This document shows positions 35,929-46,339 of a DNA stretch of 64,000 bases, piece by piece. The first letter of the stretch is position 1, and each line of letters starts with the position of its first letter. The notes under the pieces were generated by a model. It saw nothing but the letters and a program-made list of their open reading frames with translations, did no database searches and was not told the DNA's origin. The translations under genes were made by a program, and so were the position numbers. Source of the DNA: an uncultured Parachlamydiaceae bacterium (GTDB lineage Bacteria; Chlamydiota; Chlamydiia; Chlamydiales; Parachlamydiaceae); assembly GCA_963742415.1 (NCBI GenBank), contig CAVULX010000004.1, forward strand, positions 256,001-320,000. Reading direction: 5' to 3'.

Positions 35929-37549
35929 TTATTTTTTACTCTTTTTATGGGAAATCATCGCTTGAACAAAATCTCGGAAAAGAGGGTGGGGAGCAATCGG
36001 CTTGGATTTAAATTCCGGATGATATTGGGTTCCAATCATCCAAGGATGATCATTAATTTCAGCAATTTCGCATAAAAGCCCGTCGTCTAAAGTTCCTGCC
36101 ACAATAAAGCCATGTTTTTCCATGGGCTCTTTGTATTTGTTATTGAATTCGTACCGGTGCCTATGCCTTTCTTGAATGACATCTTGACCATATGCTTTGC
36201 GGGTTTTAGTATCGGGTTTAAGTTTACAAGAATAATTTCCCAAACGCATGGTTCCACCCAGATCTTGAACGGCCTGTTGTTCACTCAATAAAGAAATAAT
36301 CGGGTCTTTAGTATAAGGATCGATCTCAGTAGAATTGGCTTCGGGAAATCCTGCAACGTGGCGGCCAAACTCCACGGCCATCACCTGCATTCCCAAGCAA
36401 ATTCCAAAATAGGGGATTTTGTTCTCACGGCAGTATTTAGCAGTCATGATTTTGCCCATCCATCCTCTTTCCCCAAAACCTCCCGGCACAAGATAACCAT
36501 CGCAGCCGGCGATCGCTTTTTCCACAGATCCACCTTCTAAAATTTTATCGGCTTCGAATTTTTTTATCTCAATTTTATAGCCTGCTGCAATAGCTCCATG
36601 TTGAAGAGCCTCAATGATAGATTTGTAGGCATCTTGGTGTTGAACGTATTTTCCTACCAGCCCGACTGTGACTGTCCCTTTTGGATGCTGAATGGCTTCT
36701 AAAATCCGCTCCCATTCTCTCAAGTCGGCTTTTTTTGTAGGGAGCTTTAACAAGGTCGCAAATCATGTCGTCCGCATTTTGCTGGTGGAGTTGCAAGGGG
36801 ACCTCATAGATGCTGTTCTTAACATCGACCTCTTCGATGACTGCTTGACGGGGGACGTTGCAGAAAAGGCTGATTTTATCTTTGACATCGTCGGCAAGGG
36901 AGGCTTCACACCGGCACAAAATCATGTCGGGAAAAATGCCGATAGCACGCAGGGCTTGGACAGAATGTTGAGAAGGCTTTGTTTTGACTTCTCCTGCAGC
37001 TCGGAGGTAAGGGACATAAGTTAGGTGGATATTCAGGCATGAGCCTCGATGTTCATTACAAAATTGTCTAATGGCTTCAAGAAAAGGCAAAGATTCGATA
37101 TCGCCGACAGTCCCCCCAATTTCTACAAGGACGACGTCGATATTGTTTTCTTGCTTTGCACAATTAAGGATCCGTTGTTTGATTTCATCTGTGACATGGG
37201 GAATCACTTGGACTGTTTTACCGAGATAATCACCCTGTCTCTCCCGGCGGATGACAGTGTTGTAAATTTGTCCTGAAGTGGCATTGGAAGCTTTGGAGAG
37301 GGGGGAGTTGGTATAACGGTAATAGTGCCCTAAGTCGAGATCAGTTTCCGCGCCGTCGTCGGTGACGTAGACTTCACCGTGCTGGTAGGGGCTCATGGTG
37401 CCGGGATCCACATTCAGATAAGGATCGAACTTCAGCATCGCAATTTTCAGCCCTTTTTGTTCTAAGAGCATTCCGAGTGAAGCGGCTGTCAATCCTTTGC
37501 CTAAAGATGAACAGACCCCGCCTGTGATGAAGATGTATTTTGTTTGCAT
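35929..37549 (-). pseudogene. pyrG: CTP synthase split by a one-base frameshift near 36754 (possibly an assembly error)
   Basis: Synthase domain ([25 protein letters not shown]) in 36611..37549; glutaminase domain (GICLGMQ, RHRHRYE, QYHPE) in 35929..36753. Confidence 0.9.
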
Positions 37550-38286
37550 AATAGTTGCTCAACTTTTTTTATATCTTCCGGGGTATTAACATCCATGCAT
37601 TCACATTCAACGATGGCGGCTTTTATCCGGAATCCATGTTCTAAAACTTTTAACTGCTCTAAATCTTCTGCCAGTTGTAAGGGGGTGGGGGACAGTTCAG
37701 CATAATGGAGAAGGAAATCGAGTCTGTATCCATAAATCCCTAAATGTTTGTAATACGTGACTTCAGGGTCGTACTTTAACATTTTATTTGAAGGGATAAG
37801 TCCCCGGCTGAAATAAAGGGCATACCCTCTTTTATTGATGACACATTTGGTGACTGAAGGGTTGCGGGCTTCTTCCTCTGACGTTATTTTGATGATGGCG
37901 GTCGATACGTCTGCAGATGGATCTTGTTGAAGCACTTCCACAACTTTTTGAATGACGGCAGGGTCCAACATCGGCTCATCGCCCTGAATATTGATGATGA
38001 TTTTTGCTTTGGAAAATAGGGGATATCGTTGCACAGCTTCTGCTAGCCTGTCTGTCCCTGTCAAACATGAGTCGGAGGTCATGACGGCTTGACCCTGAAA
38101 TTGTTGAACGTGATCAAAAATCCTTTGGTCATCTGTGGCAATGACGACTTGATCAAGAACCTTGCACCGTTTTGCATTTTCGTAAGTGCGTTGGATGAGG
38201 GTTTTGCCTAAGATGGGTGCAAGAAGCTTTCCCGGAAATCGGGTGCTTGCGTACCTTGCAGGAATGATCCCAATAACTTCAGCCAT
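37501..38286 (-). CDS. kdsB: CMP-KDO synthetase
   Basis: [29 protein letters not shown]. Confidence 0.95.
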   Translation of the reverse strand: MAEVIGIIPARYASTRFPGKLLAPILGKTLIQRTYENAKRCKVLDQVVIATDDQRIFDHVQQFQGQAVMTSDSCLTGTDRLAEAVQRYPLFSKAKIIINIQGDEPMLDPAVIQKVVEVLQQDPSADVSTAIIKITSEEEARNPSVTKCVINKRGYALYFSRGLIPSNKMLKYDPEVTYYKHLGIYGYRLDFLLHYAELSPTPLQLAEDLEQLKVLEHGFRIKAAIVECECMDVNTPEDIKKVEQLLCKQNTSSSQAGSVHL

Positions 38287-38481
38287 GAAATAAAATTACG
38301 TTAACTAATCACTCTTTTACAACGGATGCATTGTAAATGAATAAGAAAATAAAAGCAATTGCAAAGAATTTATCACCGAGTGGCTCAGTGGTTATTTGCG
38401 ATGGTTATTTATGTGCATCACCGAAAATAATTGCTAAAAAACATATAATTTCCTTAGAATTTGCTACTAAATTATTTATAA

Positions 38482-40548
38482 ATGGCGGTGGAAATGCTTA
38501 AAGACAAAATTCTTTTGCTTGGATTCTCTTTTTTCTTTTTCTTTTTTAACTTTGTTGATGGATCGGAACAATCAACCAAGGAGCGGATGAAGGGGGATTT
38601 GGATATCATTCGAAATGTGTTTGAAGTTGGATATGCTCCAAAAGAGTGGAAAAAAATTTGCTTTGGATGGGATCTTGAAGATGAAATTAATAAGGCGAAA
38701 GCAAAAATAGATGGCGCTTCCCCCATCACAATTAAAGCCTACCATAACATTGTCCGAGATTTTTTTCTTTCTGTTAACGACTACCATGTAAATGTCTTTT
38801 TTTGGTCTACAGAAGAAGCCCACCTCCCTTTTTTGATCCAAAGTGTGAATAAAAAATATTTTATTACACATGTAGATAATGAAAGGTTGAGTTCTTCTAC
38901 CTGCCCTTTATCCACGGGGGATGAGATAGTTTCATTTAATGGTCAACCTATTCACGAGGCGGTTCAAGCCTTTAAAAAACTTGAAATGCGCGATGCAAAC
39001 GATACGACAGATAATACCTTTGCCGAATTATTTTTCACTCACCGTTTAGGTGTCATGGGTCATCGTGTTCCCCGAGGCCCTGTAATGGTAGGGATCAAAT
39101 CCTCGGCAAAAGTTCGCAATCATCAATTAATTTGGCACTACATTCCTGAAAAGATGTCCAATGGGCTTAAATCGGAGGGGCAAAAAAAGGATAAAATTAC
39201 CCAAGGAAAAACAAAGGATCTGCTTTTAAAAGCGATTGATGAAAAAAAGATGATTTCACCCTATTATGAGTTTGTCAAAAATAGGTTGTTTCTTTCTCGG
39301 TGCTATCGAGATTCCGATGACGACTATGAGGGAGATTCCGAGGATGATGATTTGGAAGACTTAGACCAAGAACAAGGGCTTTTGGGTACGCGGAAAGGTT
39401 TTCTTCCTGAACTTGGTCGCATCTGGTGGGAAAGTGATCCCAAGAGCTTTTTTCATGCTTATATTTACGAAAATGAAGATCACCATCTTATTGGGTATGT
39501 GCGCATTCCCCATTATTTAGGAGATAATAAGGAGATTAAAGAGTTTGCCAAAATAGTCGACACGTTTGAAGAGCGGGTTGATGCAATGATGATAGACCAG
39601 ACAAATAACCCTGGGGGATCGCTGTTTTTTGCTTATGCCTTGGCTGCAATGCTCACAGAAGAGCCTTTAGTGACTCCTAAAGATCGGATGGCTATCACGC
39701 AAGCGGATGTGGTTATTGCCCTGGAGATCATTAAAGACTTGGAAAAGATCTCGACAGATAACCAGGCTAAAAAAGTATTAGGCAGGTCATTTTTTGGATT
39801 TCCTGTGAACCACCAATTAGTGCAATTCTTCCTTGAATATTTTCGCTTCATCGTTTCCGAATGGAGCCGGGGTCATACCCTCACAGATCCCCATTATGTT
39901 TATTGTGTCGATCAGATCAATCCTAACCGACAAAGTCGGTTCACAAAACCCTTGATCATCCTAATTAATAATATGGCGATCTCTTGCGGTGATCTATTTC
40001 CTGCGATTATGCAAGATAATAAAAGGGCTATCCTAGCAGGGCAAAAAACTTCAGGAGCGGGGGGCAGCTTAAGCGGAATGATGTTTCCCAACCGGTATGG
40101 GATACAGTATTTTTCTTATACAGGGTCGATTTCAGAAAGAATCGACTCCGGTCCGATTGAGAATACTGGTGTGGTGCCCGATGTCCCTTATGCGATTACG
40201 GAAGATGATGTTAAAGAGGGTTATTGCGACTACGCTAAAGCATTAAATAAAATGGTCAAAGATATGCTGGACCGTAAGCTTACCCCAGATATAGTAAGAA
40301 AGGGCAATGATGAAAAAGAAGCCGAAGAGATGCTTGAATTGGCAGAATTGAACAACGACCTTGAAAAAGCGGCAGAGGAGCGTTTTAAAGAAAGCCCGCA
40401 AAGCGAAAATTCGGCGGTGGAAATCGAAGAGATTCAGGGGGAAAACTCCAGTGGCAGCGAGGCTTTGACAATCATAAAAACATTGGATTTAGAAACTATT
40501 GCTTTATTACGGATTCTCTGCCAAAATGTATTCAACAATATTACGTAA
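38482..40548 (+). CDS. cpaF: Chlamydial protease-like activity factor (S41 protease)
   Basis: Signal peptide, YAPKEWK, NDYH, DQTNNPGG, ISCGDLFP catalytic Ser, TSGAGG, IENTGVVPD. Confidence 0.88.
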   Translation: MAVEMLKDKILLLGFSFFFFFFNFVDGSEQSTKERMKGDLDIIRNVFEVGYAPKEWKKICFGWDLEDEINKAKAKIDGASPITIKAYHNIVRDFFLSVNDYHVNVFFWSTEEAHLPFLIQSVNKKYFITHVDNERLSSSTCPLSTGDEIVSFNGQPIHEAVQAFKKLEMRDANDTTDNTFAELFFTHRLGVMGHRVPRGPVMVGIKSSAKVRNHQLIWHYIPEKMSNGLKSEGQKKDKITQGKTKDLLLKAIDEKKMISPYYEFVKNRLFLSRCYRDSDDDYEGDSEDDDLEDLDQEQGLLGTRKGFLPELGRIWWESDPKSFFHAYIYENEDHHLIGYVRIPHYLGDNKEIKEFAKIVDTFEERVDAMMIDQTNNPGGSLFFAYALAAMLTEEPLVTPKDRMAITQADVVIALEIIKDLEKISTDNQAKKVLGRSFFGFPVNHQLVQFFLEYFRFIVSEWSRGHTLTDPHYVYCVDQINPNRQSRFTKPLIILINNMAISCGDLFPAIMQDNKRAILAGQKTSGAGGSLSGMMFPNRYGIQYFSYTGSISERIDSGPIENTGVVPDVPYAITEDDVKEGYCDYAKALNKMVKDMLDRKLTPDIVRKGNDEKEAEEMLELAELNNDLEKAAEERFKESPQSENSAVEIEEIQGENSSGSEALTIIKTLDLETIALLRILCQNVFNNIT

Positions 40549-41177
40549 TGGAGATAAAAATGAACCATCTTATGCCAGTAGTTAAATATGTCAACAGCCA
40601 TCTACCGGTTTTAATGCCAATGATGCAGTATATGCAAAGACACCAAGGGGCTCCTACAACGCTTGTAGCCAGTTCCATATGTGGTATTGCAGCTGTAGAA
40701 ATGGTTGCAAGACTTGTTTTTGAAGATATTCCGGGAATTTTGGATAAAAAGTCTCAAAAAAAAGAACTAGAGACCCATCGGTGGAATGCGTCAAGCAATT
40801 TGGGCGGGGCTATATTTTATGGCCTCTGCAGTTTAAATATCATCCCTGGTTCAGCGATCATCGGGGGGATTTTCTTTTCGGGTTATTCCTATATTTCTGT
40901 CTCTGGGGGAGAAAAAAATCCTTATCACACCTCAAAATTGCTAGCTCCTATCGTAAATCTTGGAGTGGAGACGCTTGACTTCGCTTGGAAGAAAATCATT
41001 TATCCAATTTTAAAAGTTGTTGGTAGAATATTTAAACAGATAGGAAATCTTCTTTCTATGATTTCACTTCCTAAACATCCCATTTGGTATGCAGTGATTC
41101 TTTCTGTTTCTTGCATTGTATGTTATAAAGTGGCTATCGGGGCTGGCTTGATTCATAGAAAAGTAGACATGTCATAA
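40548..41177 (+). CDS. Hypothetical membrane protein
   Basis: 209-aa ORF with several hydrophobic segments, coupled to the cpaF stop codon. Confidence 0.7.
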   Translation: MEIKMNHLMPVVKYVNSHLPVLMPMMQYMQRHQGAPTTLVASSICGIAAVEMVARLVFEDIPGILDKKSQKKELETHRWNASSNLGGAIFYGLCSLNIIPGSAIIGGIFFSGYSYISVSGGEKNPYHTSKLLAPIVNLGVETLDFAWKKIIYPILKVVGRIFKQIGNLLSMISLPKHPIWYAVILSVSCIVCYKVAIGAGLIHRKVDMS

Positions 41178-41189
41178 TGGGGGACACAA

Positions 41190-41546
41190 ATGGATAAAAA
41201 TCTTCCAAAAGGGGAGCCTTCTCCCTTAAGAATTTTTTTGAAACATTTTGTCCGCAACCTTGTCATAGGGTTTGCTTCGATGGTCGTTATTTTGCTAATC
41301 GGAATGATCGGCTATCGGTATTTTGAGCATTCAGATTGGGTGGATAACTATGCCAATGCAGCCATGATTATTTCTGGTGTAGGAACTTTATCAGATCCAA
41401 AAACGGAAGAGGGGAAAATTTTTGTTGGGACCTATTCGATTTTTGGAGGAGCCTCTTTTTTACTCGTTGTTGCGGTTGTGTTTTCTCCCATTTTCCATTG
41501 GCTATTCCGCCAGGTCAAAGTTGAGGATAGAGAGCACCTCAAATAA
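41190..41546 (+). CDS. Small two-TM ion-channel-like membrane protein
   Basis: TM, pore-helix-like segment (WVDNYANAAMIISGVG), then EGKIF and a second TM; no GYG filter. Confidence 0.65.
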   Translation: MDKNLPKGEPSPLRIFLKHFVRNLVIGFASMVVILLIGMIGYRYFEHSDWVDNYANAAMIISGVGTLSDPKTEEGKIFVGTYSIFGGASFLLVVAVVFSPIFHWLFRQVKVEDREHLK

Positions 41547-41624
41547 ACAGTGGTATCAAGGAAGTCCATTTGTGTTTTTCTAAATTATGTTGTATGATCC
41601 ACTTTCAGTGTTCATGGAACAGAT

Positions 41625-43157
41625 ATGTATTGCATACACATTGCTTCTGAATTGGCTCCTGTTGCAAAAGTTGGAGGGCTAGCGGATGTCCTCTTAGGAT
41701 TATGTCGAGAATTGTCTTGGAAAGGGCATGATGTCGATATTATAATCCCCAAATATGATTGCATGGATAGCAATGATGTCCGCGATCTGACAATCGACTA
41801 TTTGGACCTGAAGTCCTTTTATGAAGGGGAGTGGTATTCCAATACTATTTGGGTGGGATGGGTTGAAAATCTAAAAGTCTATTTCATCGATCCCCATCAT
41901 CCCCGTCTTTTTTTTAATCGCGGCTGCTTTTATGGATGTATTGATGATATCGAGCGGTATTTGTATTTTTCCCGCACCGCGATGGAGTTTTTGTATAAAA
42001 AGCAACTGCGTCCTGATGTGATCCATCTGCATGATTGGCAAACAGCGGTTTGCGCCCCCCTGTACTACGATATGTATCAACCTTTGGGATACAATTACTC
42101 TAAAATTGTGTTCACGATCCACAACATTGAATATCAAGGGAAATGCGCTCCCAGTAATTTGGATCAAATCGGCCTCTCTTCAAAAATCTACATGGTCCCG
42201 GAAAAGTTGCAAGATAACCAATATCCCACCTCTGTGAACCTTTTAAAAGGGGGAATTGTCTATTCCGATTTTATCACGACAGTTTCTCCCAATTATGCCA
42301 AGGAAGTAAAAACAGCGACAGGAGGGAGGGGATTAGATAAGACTCTTCTTAAGTACGAAAATAAGTTCAAAGGGATTTTGAATGGGATCGATTACTCTTA
42401 TTGGAATCCCGAAATAGACCGGTATCTTCCGGCCCATTTTTCCTCAAGGGAAATGCCTGCAAATAAAAAAGATCGCAATACGTTGGATAAAAAAGCCTAT
42501 ATCAAAAAGATTATGCGCGAGCGGTTTTTGTTAGAGGAGGTGCATCGTCCTATTGTGGGTTGCATTTGCCGTCTTGTTCCTCAAAAGGGGATCGATTTGA
42601 TCATTCATGCTTTAAAATATTGTTTGCAGAATAACGGTCAGTTTGTCCTATTGGGTTCGAGCCCCATTCCCAGCATTAATGAGGAATTCCACGAAGTAAA
42701 ACGGCAATACATGGATAATCCTCACGTTCATCTTACATTGCACCACCAAGAAGATATTGCTCATTTAATTTATGCCGCTTCAGATATGTTCATTGTACCC
42801 TCCCTTTTCGAGCCGTGCGGCTTGACCCAAATGATTGCACTCAAATATGGGGCGATTCCTATTGTACGCAAAACAGGTGGTTTAGCCGATACGATTTTTG
42901 ATGTGGACTATTCCGGAAAACCATTTGAACAAACAAATGGATATACATTCGATTTCCCGGATGTACAAGGGATCGAATCGGCTCTGAAGCGAGCCTTTGA
43001 ATGCTGGTTTCATGATCCAAACAAATGGCGAAAAATGGTGATTAATGGGATGAATATAGATTTCAGCTGGAACGCCCCTTCAAATCAATATTTGGAGGTT
43101 TATACTCAAATAACGTCTAAAAATGGTTTTTCGGCTGCTCCAAAGCCGGAGATTTGA
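41625..43157 (+). CDS. glgA: Glycogen synthase
   Basis: KVGGLADV, HLHDWQ, NGID, PSLFEPCGLTQ. Confidence 0.96.
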   Translation: MYCIHIASELAPVAKVGGLADVLLGLCRELSWKGHDVDIIIPKYDCMDSNDVRDLTIDYLDLKSFYEGEWYSNTIWVGWVENLKVYFIDPHHPRLFFNRGCFYGCIDDIERYLYFSRTAMEFLYKKQLRPDVIHLHDWQTAVCAPLYYDMYQPLGYNYSKIVFTIHNIEYQGKCAPSNLDQIGLSSKIYMVPEKLQDNQYPTSVNLLKGGIVYSDFITTVSPNYAKEVKTATGGRGLDKTLLKYENKFKGILNGIDYSYWNPEIDRYLPAHFSSREMPANKKDRNTLDKKAYIKKIMRERFLLEEVHRPIVGCICRLVPQKGIDLIIHALKYCLQNNGQFVLLGSSPIPSINEEFHEVKRQYMDNPHVHLTLHHQEDIAHLIYAASDMFIVPSLFEPCGLTQMIALKYGAIPIVRKTGGLADTIFDVDYSGKPFEQTNGYTFDFPDVQGIESALKRAFECWFHDPNKWRKMVINGMNIDFSWNAPSNQYLEVYTQITSKNGFSAAPKPEI

Positions 43158-43188
43158 TTATCAATTAATAGAAAGAGTAGGTGATTTT

Positions 43189-43800
43189 GTGAGCCTAGCA
43201 AATTATTTAACGTTTATTCGGATCTTTATCAGCCCTATCTTCCTCGTTGTGTATCTCGAATATAGCTATCTGCAAATCAGTCCGGTTTGGCTGCCCTATA
43301 TCCTGATGTTTTTATTAGGAGTTTCCGAACTTTCAGATGCTTTCGATGGGTATATTGCACGGAGATATAATCAGGTCACGGATTTAGGCAAAATTTTAGA
43401 TCCCATGGCAGATAGTATTGCCCGCATTTCTGTGTTCTTGACATTCACACAAGGGCCTGTACAGCTTCCCATGCTGCTTGTTTTCGTGTTTTTATATCGG
43501 GATTCTGTGGTTAGCACCCTGAGAACAATTTGCGCTTTAAAAGGATTTACTCTTGCTGCGAGATTAAGTGGAAAAATAAAAGCCGTGGTTCAGGCTGTTG
43601 CAGCCTTTGTCATTTTATGTTTAATGATTCCCCACTCCCTTGGGCATATGTCCACTGCCACGCTTCATACGGCGAGCACATGGGTGGTGGCAGCTGCGGC
43701 GTTGTACACAGTTTTTTCAGGCATTGATTATATCTATGCAAATCGGGTGTATATCAAAAAGATATTGGTTCAGAAAACCTCCTCAAATGTTAGTGTGTGA
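43189..43800 (+). CDS. pgsA: CDP-alcohol phosphatidyltransferase (PgsA); GTG 43189 preferred as start
   Basis: DAFDGYIARRYNQVTDLGKILDPMAD signature. Confidence 0.9.
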   Translation: MSLANYLTFIRIFISPIFLVVYLEYSYLQISPVWLPYILMFLLGVSELSDAFDGYIARRYNQVTDLGKILDPMADSIARISVFLTFTQGPVQLPMLLVFVFLYRDSVVSTLRTICALKGFTLAARLSGKIKAVVQAVAAFVILCLMIPHSLGHMSTATLHTASTWVVAAAALYTVFSGIDYIYANRVYIKKILVQKTSSNVSV

Positions 43801-43805
43801 AAAGG

Positions 43806-43865
43806 ACCAAGGAGACCTAGGACATCGTCCTTGGTGTCCTTAATGTCTTTGGTGTCCTTGGTGTC
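43806..43865. repeat. 9-bp-period repeat/hairpin (GTCCTTGGT units)
   Basis: accaaggag acctaggac, then gtccttggt gtccttaat gtctttggt gtccttggt. Confidence 0.7.
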
Positions 43866-44018
43866 GTTTTCGCGTTTCTCGGCGATTTCATGTTTTTTTA
43901 TTTGGACTTTTAATAGTTCCAATTTTAAATTAACGCAAAAAGTGTTTACAAAGCGTGTCTAGAGGATTTGTAGACCAACTTTTTGCATATGCTACCTATA
44001 TAAAAAAAGGATAAAGCC

Positions 44019-44867
44019 ATGAATACGCCAACAGTCGGTGCAGCGTCATCAATTTTGTGTTCGCAACCAGATAAAGCAAATATAATTCAAACCGTTTCAA
44101 ATAAAGTTCTAGAAATCATTAACGATTCCAGCAGCAAGGTGAGGGATTTATATACTTTGCTTTCGCATAGTGATGATCTCAAAGAAAAAATGACCAAAAA
44201 ATGGAATGATTTGGTTAAAAACAATGCAATCATCGAAAAGGTTGAGAGCAAGGATGAGAAACTCTGCTATCATGGTTTGCTCGCAGTATTCGAATATGCA
44301 TTAGCTGAATTGCTGAACGAAAAAAAAATCCAAAACGTTGTGGGTGTAACTTTTTATCCAAAGCCTGACACCGCACTCTGCTTGGATGAAAACTGTCAAG
44401 TGGAAGAAGATTCCTCTTTAGCAGTGGATAAGGCAAGGGGAGATATTATTGATTATTATCTCTATGAAGGAGGGGAACTCGATGTGGTTTATCCAAAAAA
44501 AGGATTTTCTGCGATGGACGAAAAGCAACGGGAAATATACCAAAAGACTGCAGAAATTCAAGGCTATCGCCTTAAAGATGTGGAATTGAGTCGCGATGCA
44601 GAGGCAAGTTTACATGGAACTACTTATACCTTTGAGGACGAAGAAGGAAACGTATATGCATTTTTAATAAAAAGGGGGGAATCGCAAGCTGACGATGCTA
44701 ACGAAAAAGCCGAATTTGGGCTTTGGTTTGGTCTATCTAATCAACCAGAAGTTAAAGATAGGCTCGAATTGTTGCAGAATTTTTTCAGCCAACATGCTTA
44801 CACACCTGTTGGGATTTTTAGGAATCCTGGAAAAAAGGATATTGGTGGAGCAGGCTTATCCGTTTAG
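44019..44867 (+). CDS. Hypothetical acidic protein
   Basis: 282-aa ORF with AAGGA RBS; no family recognised. Confidence 0.75.
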   Translation: MNTPTVGAASSILCSQPDKANIIQTVSNKVLEIINDSSSKVRDLYTLLSHSDDLKEKMTKKWNDLVKNNAIIEKVESKDEKLCYHGLLAVFEYALAELLNEKKIQNVVGVTFYPKPDTALCLDENCQVEEDSSLAVDKARGDIIDYYLYEGGELDVVYPKKGFSAMDEKQREIYQKTAEIQGYRLKDVELSRDAEASLHGTTYTFEDEEGNVYAFLIKRGESQADDANEKAEFGLWFGLSNQPEVKDRLELLQNFFSQHAYTPVGIFRNPGKKDIGGAGLSV

Positions 44868-44918
44868 CCGCGCCGCAAAAAAAACTGGGGCGCAAGGCCC
44901 CAGGTCATTAAATTAAAG

Positions 44919-45947
44919 CTATGATCGCCAGTCGAGAATGACTTTGCCCGATTGTCCAGATAACATCGCTTTGAAACCACTTTCATAATCATCAATGGCA
45001 AAATGGTGGGTAATGATGGGGTGGAGATCTAAGCCGCTTTCGAGCAAATGGATCATTTTATACCACGTAGAAAAAATTTCTCTTCCGTAAATCCCTTTTA
45101 TCACTAGCATTTTAAAAATCACGAGATTCCAATCGATGGTTGTATTTGGAGGTAAAATCCCCAATAGGGCAATTTTTCCACCGTGCTGGCAGTTTTCAAG
45201 AATGGTATTTAAAGCTTGAGGGCTTCCCGACATTTCCATGGCTACTGTAAAGCCATAGTCAAGGCGAAGGGATTTCATGACATCGGTTAAATTTTCTTTG
45301 GAAATATTGACTGTTCTAGTGGCGCCCATCTTTTTAGCAAGTTCAAGGCGGTAATCATTTAAATCGGTGATTACAACGTGGCGGGCTCCCGCTTTACGGG
45401 CGATTCCCGCGGCCATAATTCCAATTGGGCCAGCCCCGGTGATAAGGACATCTTCACCGGCAAGATCGAAAGAAAGGGCGGTATGGGCAGCGTTGCCGTA
45501 AGGATCTAGGATTGCGCCAACTTCACTTGGGATGCTATCCGGAAGTAAATAAAGGTTTTCTGCGGGAAATGGGAAATATTCAGCAAAACAACCTGGAATA
45601 TCATAACCAAACCCTTTTACTTGCATGCAAAGGTGCTTGAGACCTTTTCGGCAAGGGGGGCATTGGTTGCAAACAATATGCCCTTCGCCGCAGACCCGGT
45701 CTCCGATGTTAAAACCTTTGACGCGGCTTCCCAATTCGACAATTTCCCCTGCAAACTCATGGCCGATGATCATTGGGGTAGGAACTCTTTTTTGAGCCCA
45801 ATCATCCCATTTGTAAATATGGATATCTGTTCCGCAGATCGAGGTTTTGTCTGTTTTGATTAAGACCTCATCCTCTTTGATGGTTGGAACGGGTGACTCT
45901 TCCATCCAAAGGCCTGGAGAGCGATGACGTTTGACTAGAGCTTTCAT
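44919..45947 (-). CDS. tdh: L-threonine 3-dehydrogenase
   Basis: [38 protein letters not shown]. Confidence 0.96.
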   Translation of the reverse strand: MKALVKRHRSPGLWMEESPVPTIKEDEVLIKTDKTSICGTDIHIYKWDDWAQKRVPTPMIIGHEFAGEIVELGSRVKGFNIGDRVCGEGHIVCNQCPPCRKGLKHLCMQVKGFGYDIPGCFAEYFPFPAENLYLLPDSIPSEVGAILDPYGNAAHTALSFDLAGEDVLITGAGPIGIMAAGIARKAGARHVVITDLNDYRLELAKKMGATRTVNISKENLTDVMKSLRLDYGFTVAMEMSGSPQALNTILENCQHGGKIALLGILPPNTTIDWNLVIFKMLVIKGIYGREIFSTWYKMIHLLESGLDLHPIITHHFAIDDYESGFKAMLSGQSGKVILDWRS

Positions 45948-46174
45948 GAAATCCCTTTTTTGTAGAATTCAGGTTGACTGCTTGTAAAGAGCTATATTAT
46001 AGCCGAACGAAAAATTTTTATGAAAAACAAAAAAATTCAAAAAAATATTTTAAAAAATAATCGCAATTATTTATTATAAGAAGTGTAGTAGCCATCAAGT
46101 TGACACTACATCATTTCGAAAATTGTGGTGTGATTTTCGAAAAGCTTTTTCAAATTTTTTACCGGAGGCATCCA

Positions 46175-46213
46175 GTGGTAAAAAAAGCTAAAAAAAGTAA
46201 AACGAAAAAGTAA
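46175..46213 (+). other. Candidate 12-aa Lys-rich mini-ORF (MVKKAKKSKTKK) within a structured short transcript
   Basis: GGAGG at 46164-46168, GTG at 46175, TAA at 46211, terminator 10 nt later. Confidence 0.4.
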
Positions 46214-46222
46214 ATTCGTTTA

Positions 46223-46256
46223 ACCCCGCTCCCAGCAATGGGGCGGGGTGCTTTTT
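46223..46256 (+). terminator. Intrinsic terminator
   Basis: accccgctcc-cagcaat-ggggcggggt followed by gcttttt. Confidence 0.7.
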
Positions 46257-46339
46257 CCCTCCATTTTGCGCTCTTCTATCTTTTCCTTTACAAAGAAAAA
46301 AAAGACCCCTATCAAAAAGATATAAAATAAATTTTAAGG

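Noticed and set aside
36740..36770. Programmed ribosomal frameshift in pyrG
   Set aside because: There is no clear slippery heptamer plus stimulatory structure at the inferred break, and I know no precedent in pyrG. An indel is the simpler explanation.
37501..37549. kdsB/pyrG 49-bp overlap as an anomaly
   Set aside because: It is a short overlap in a conserved chlamydial gene order, and both genes have complete termini.
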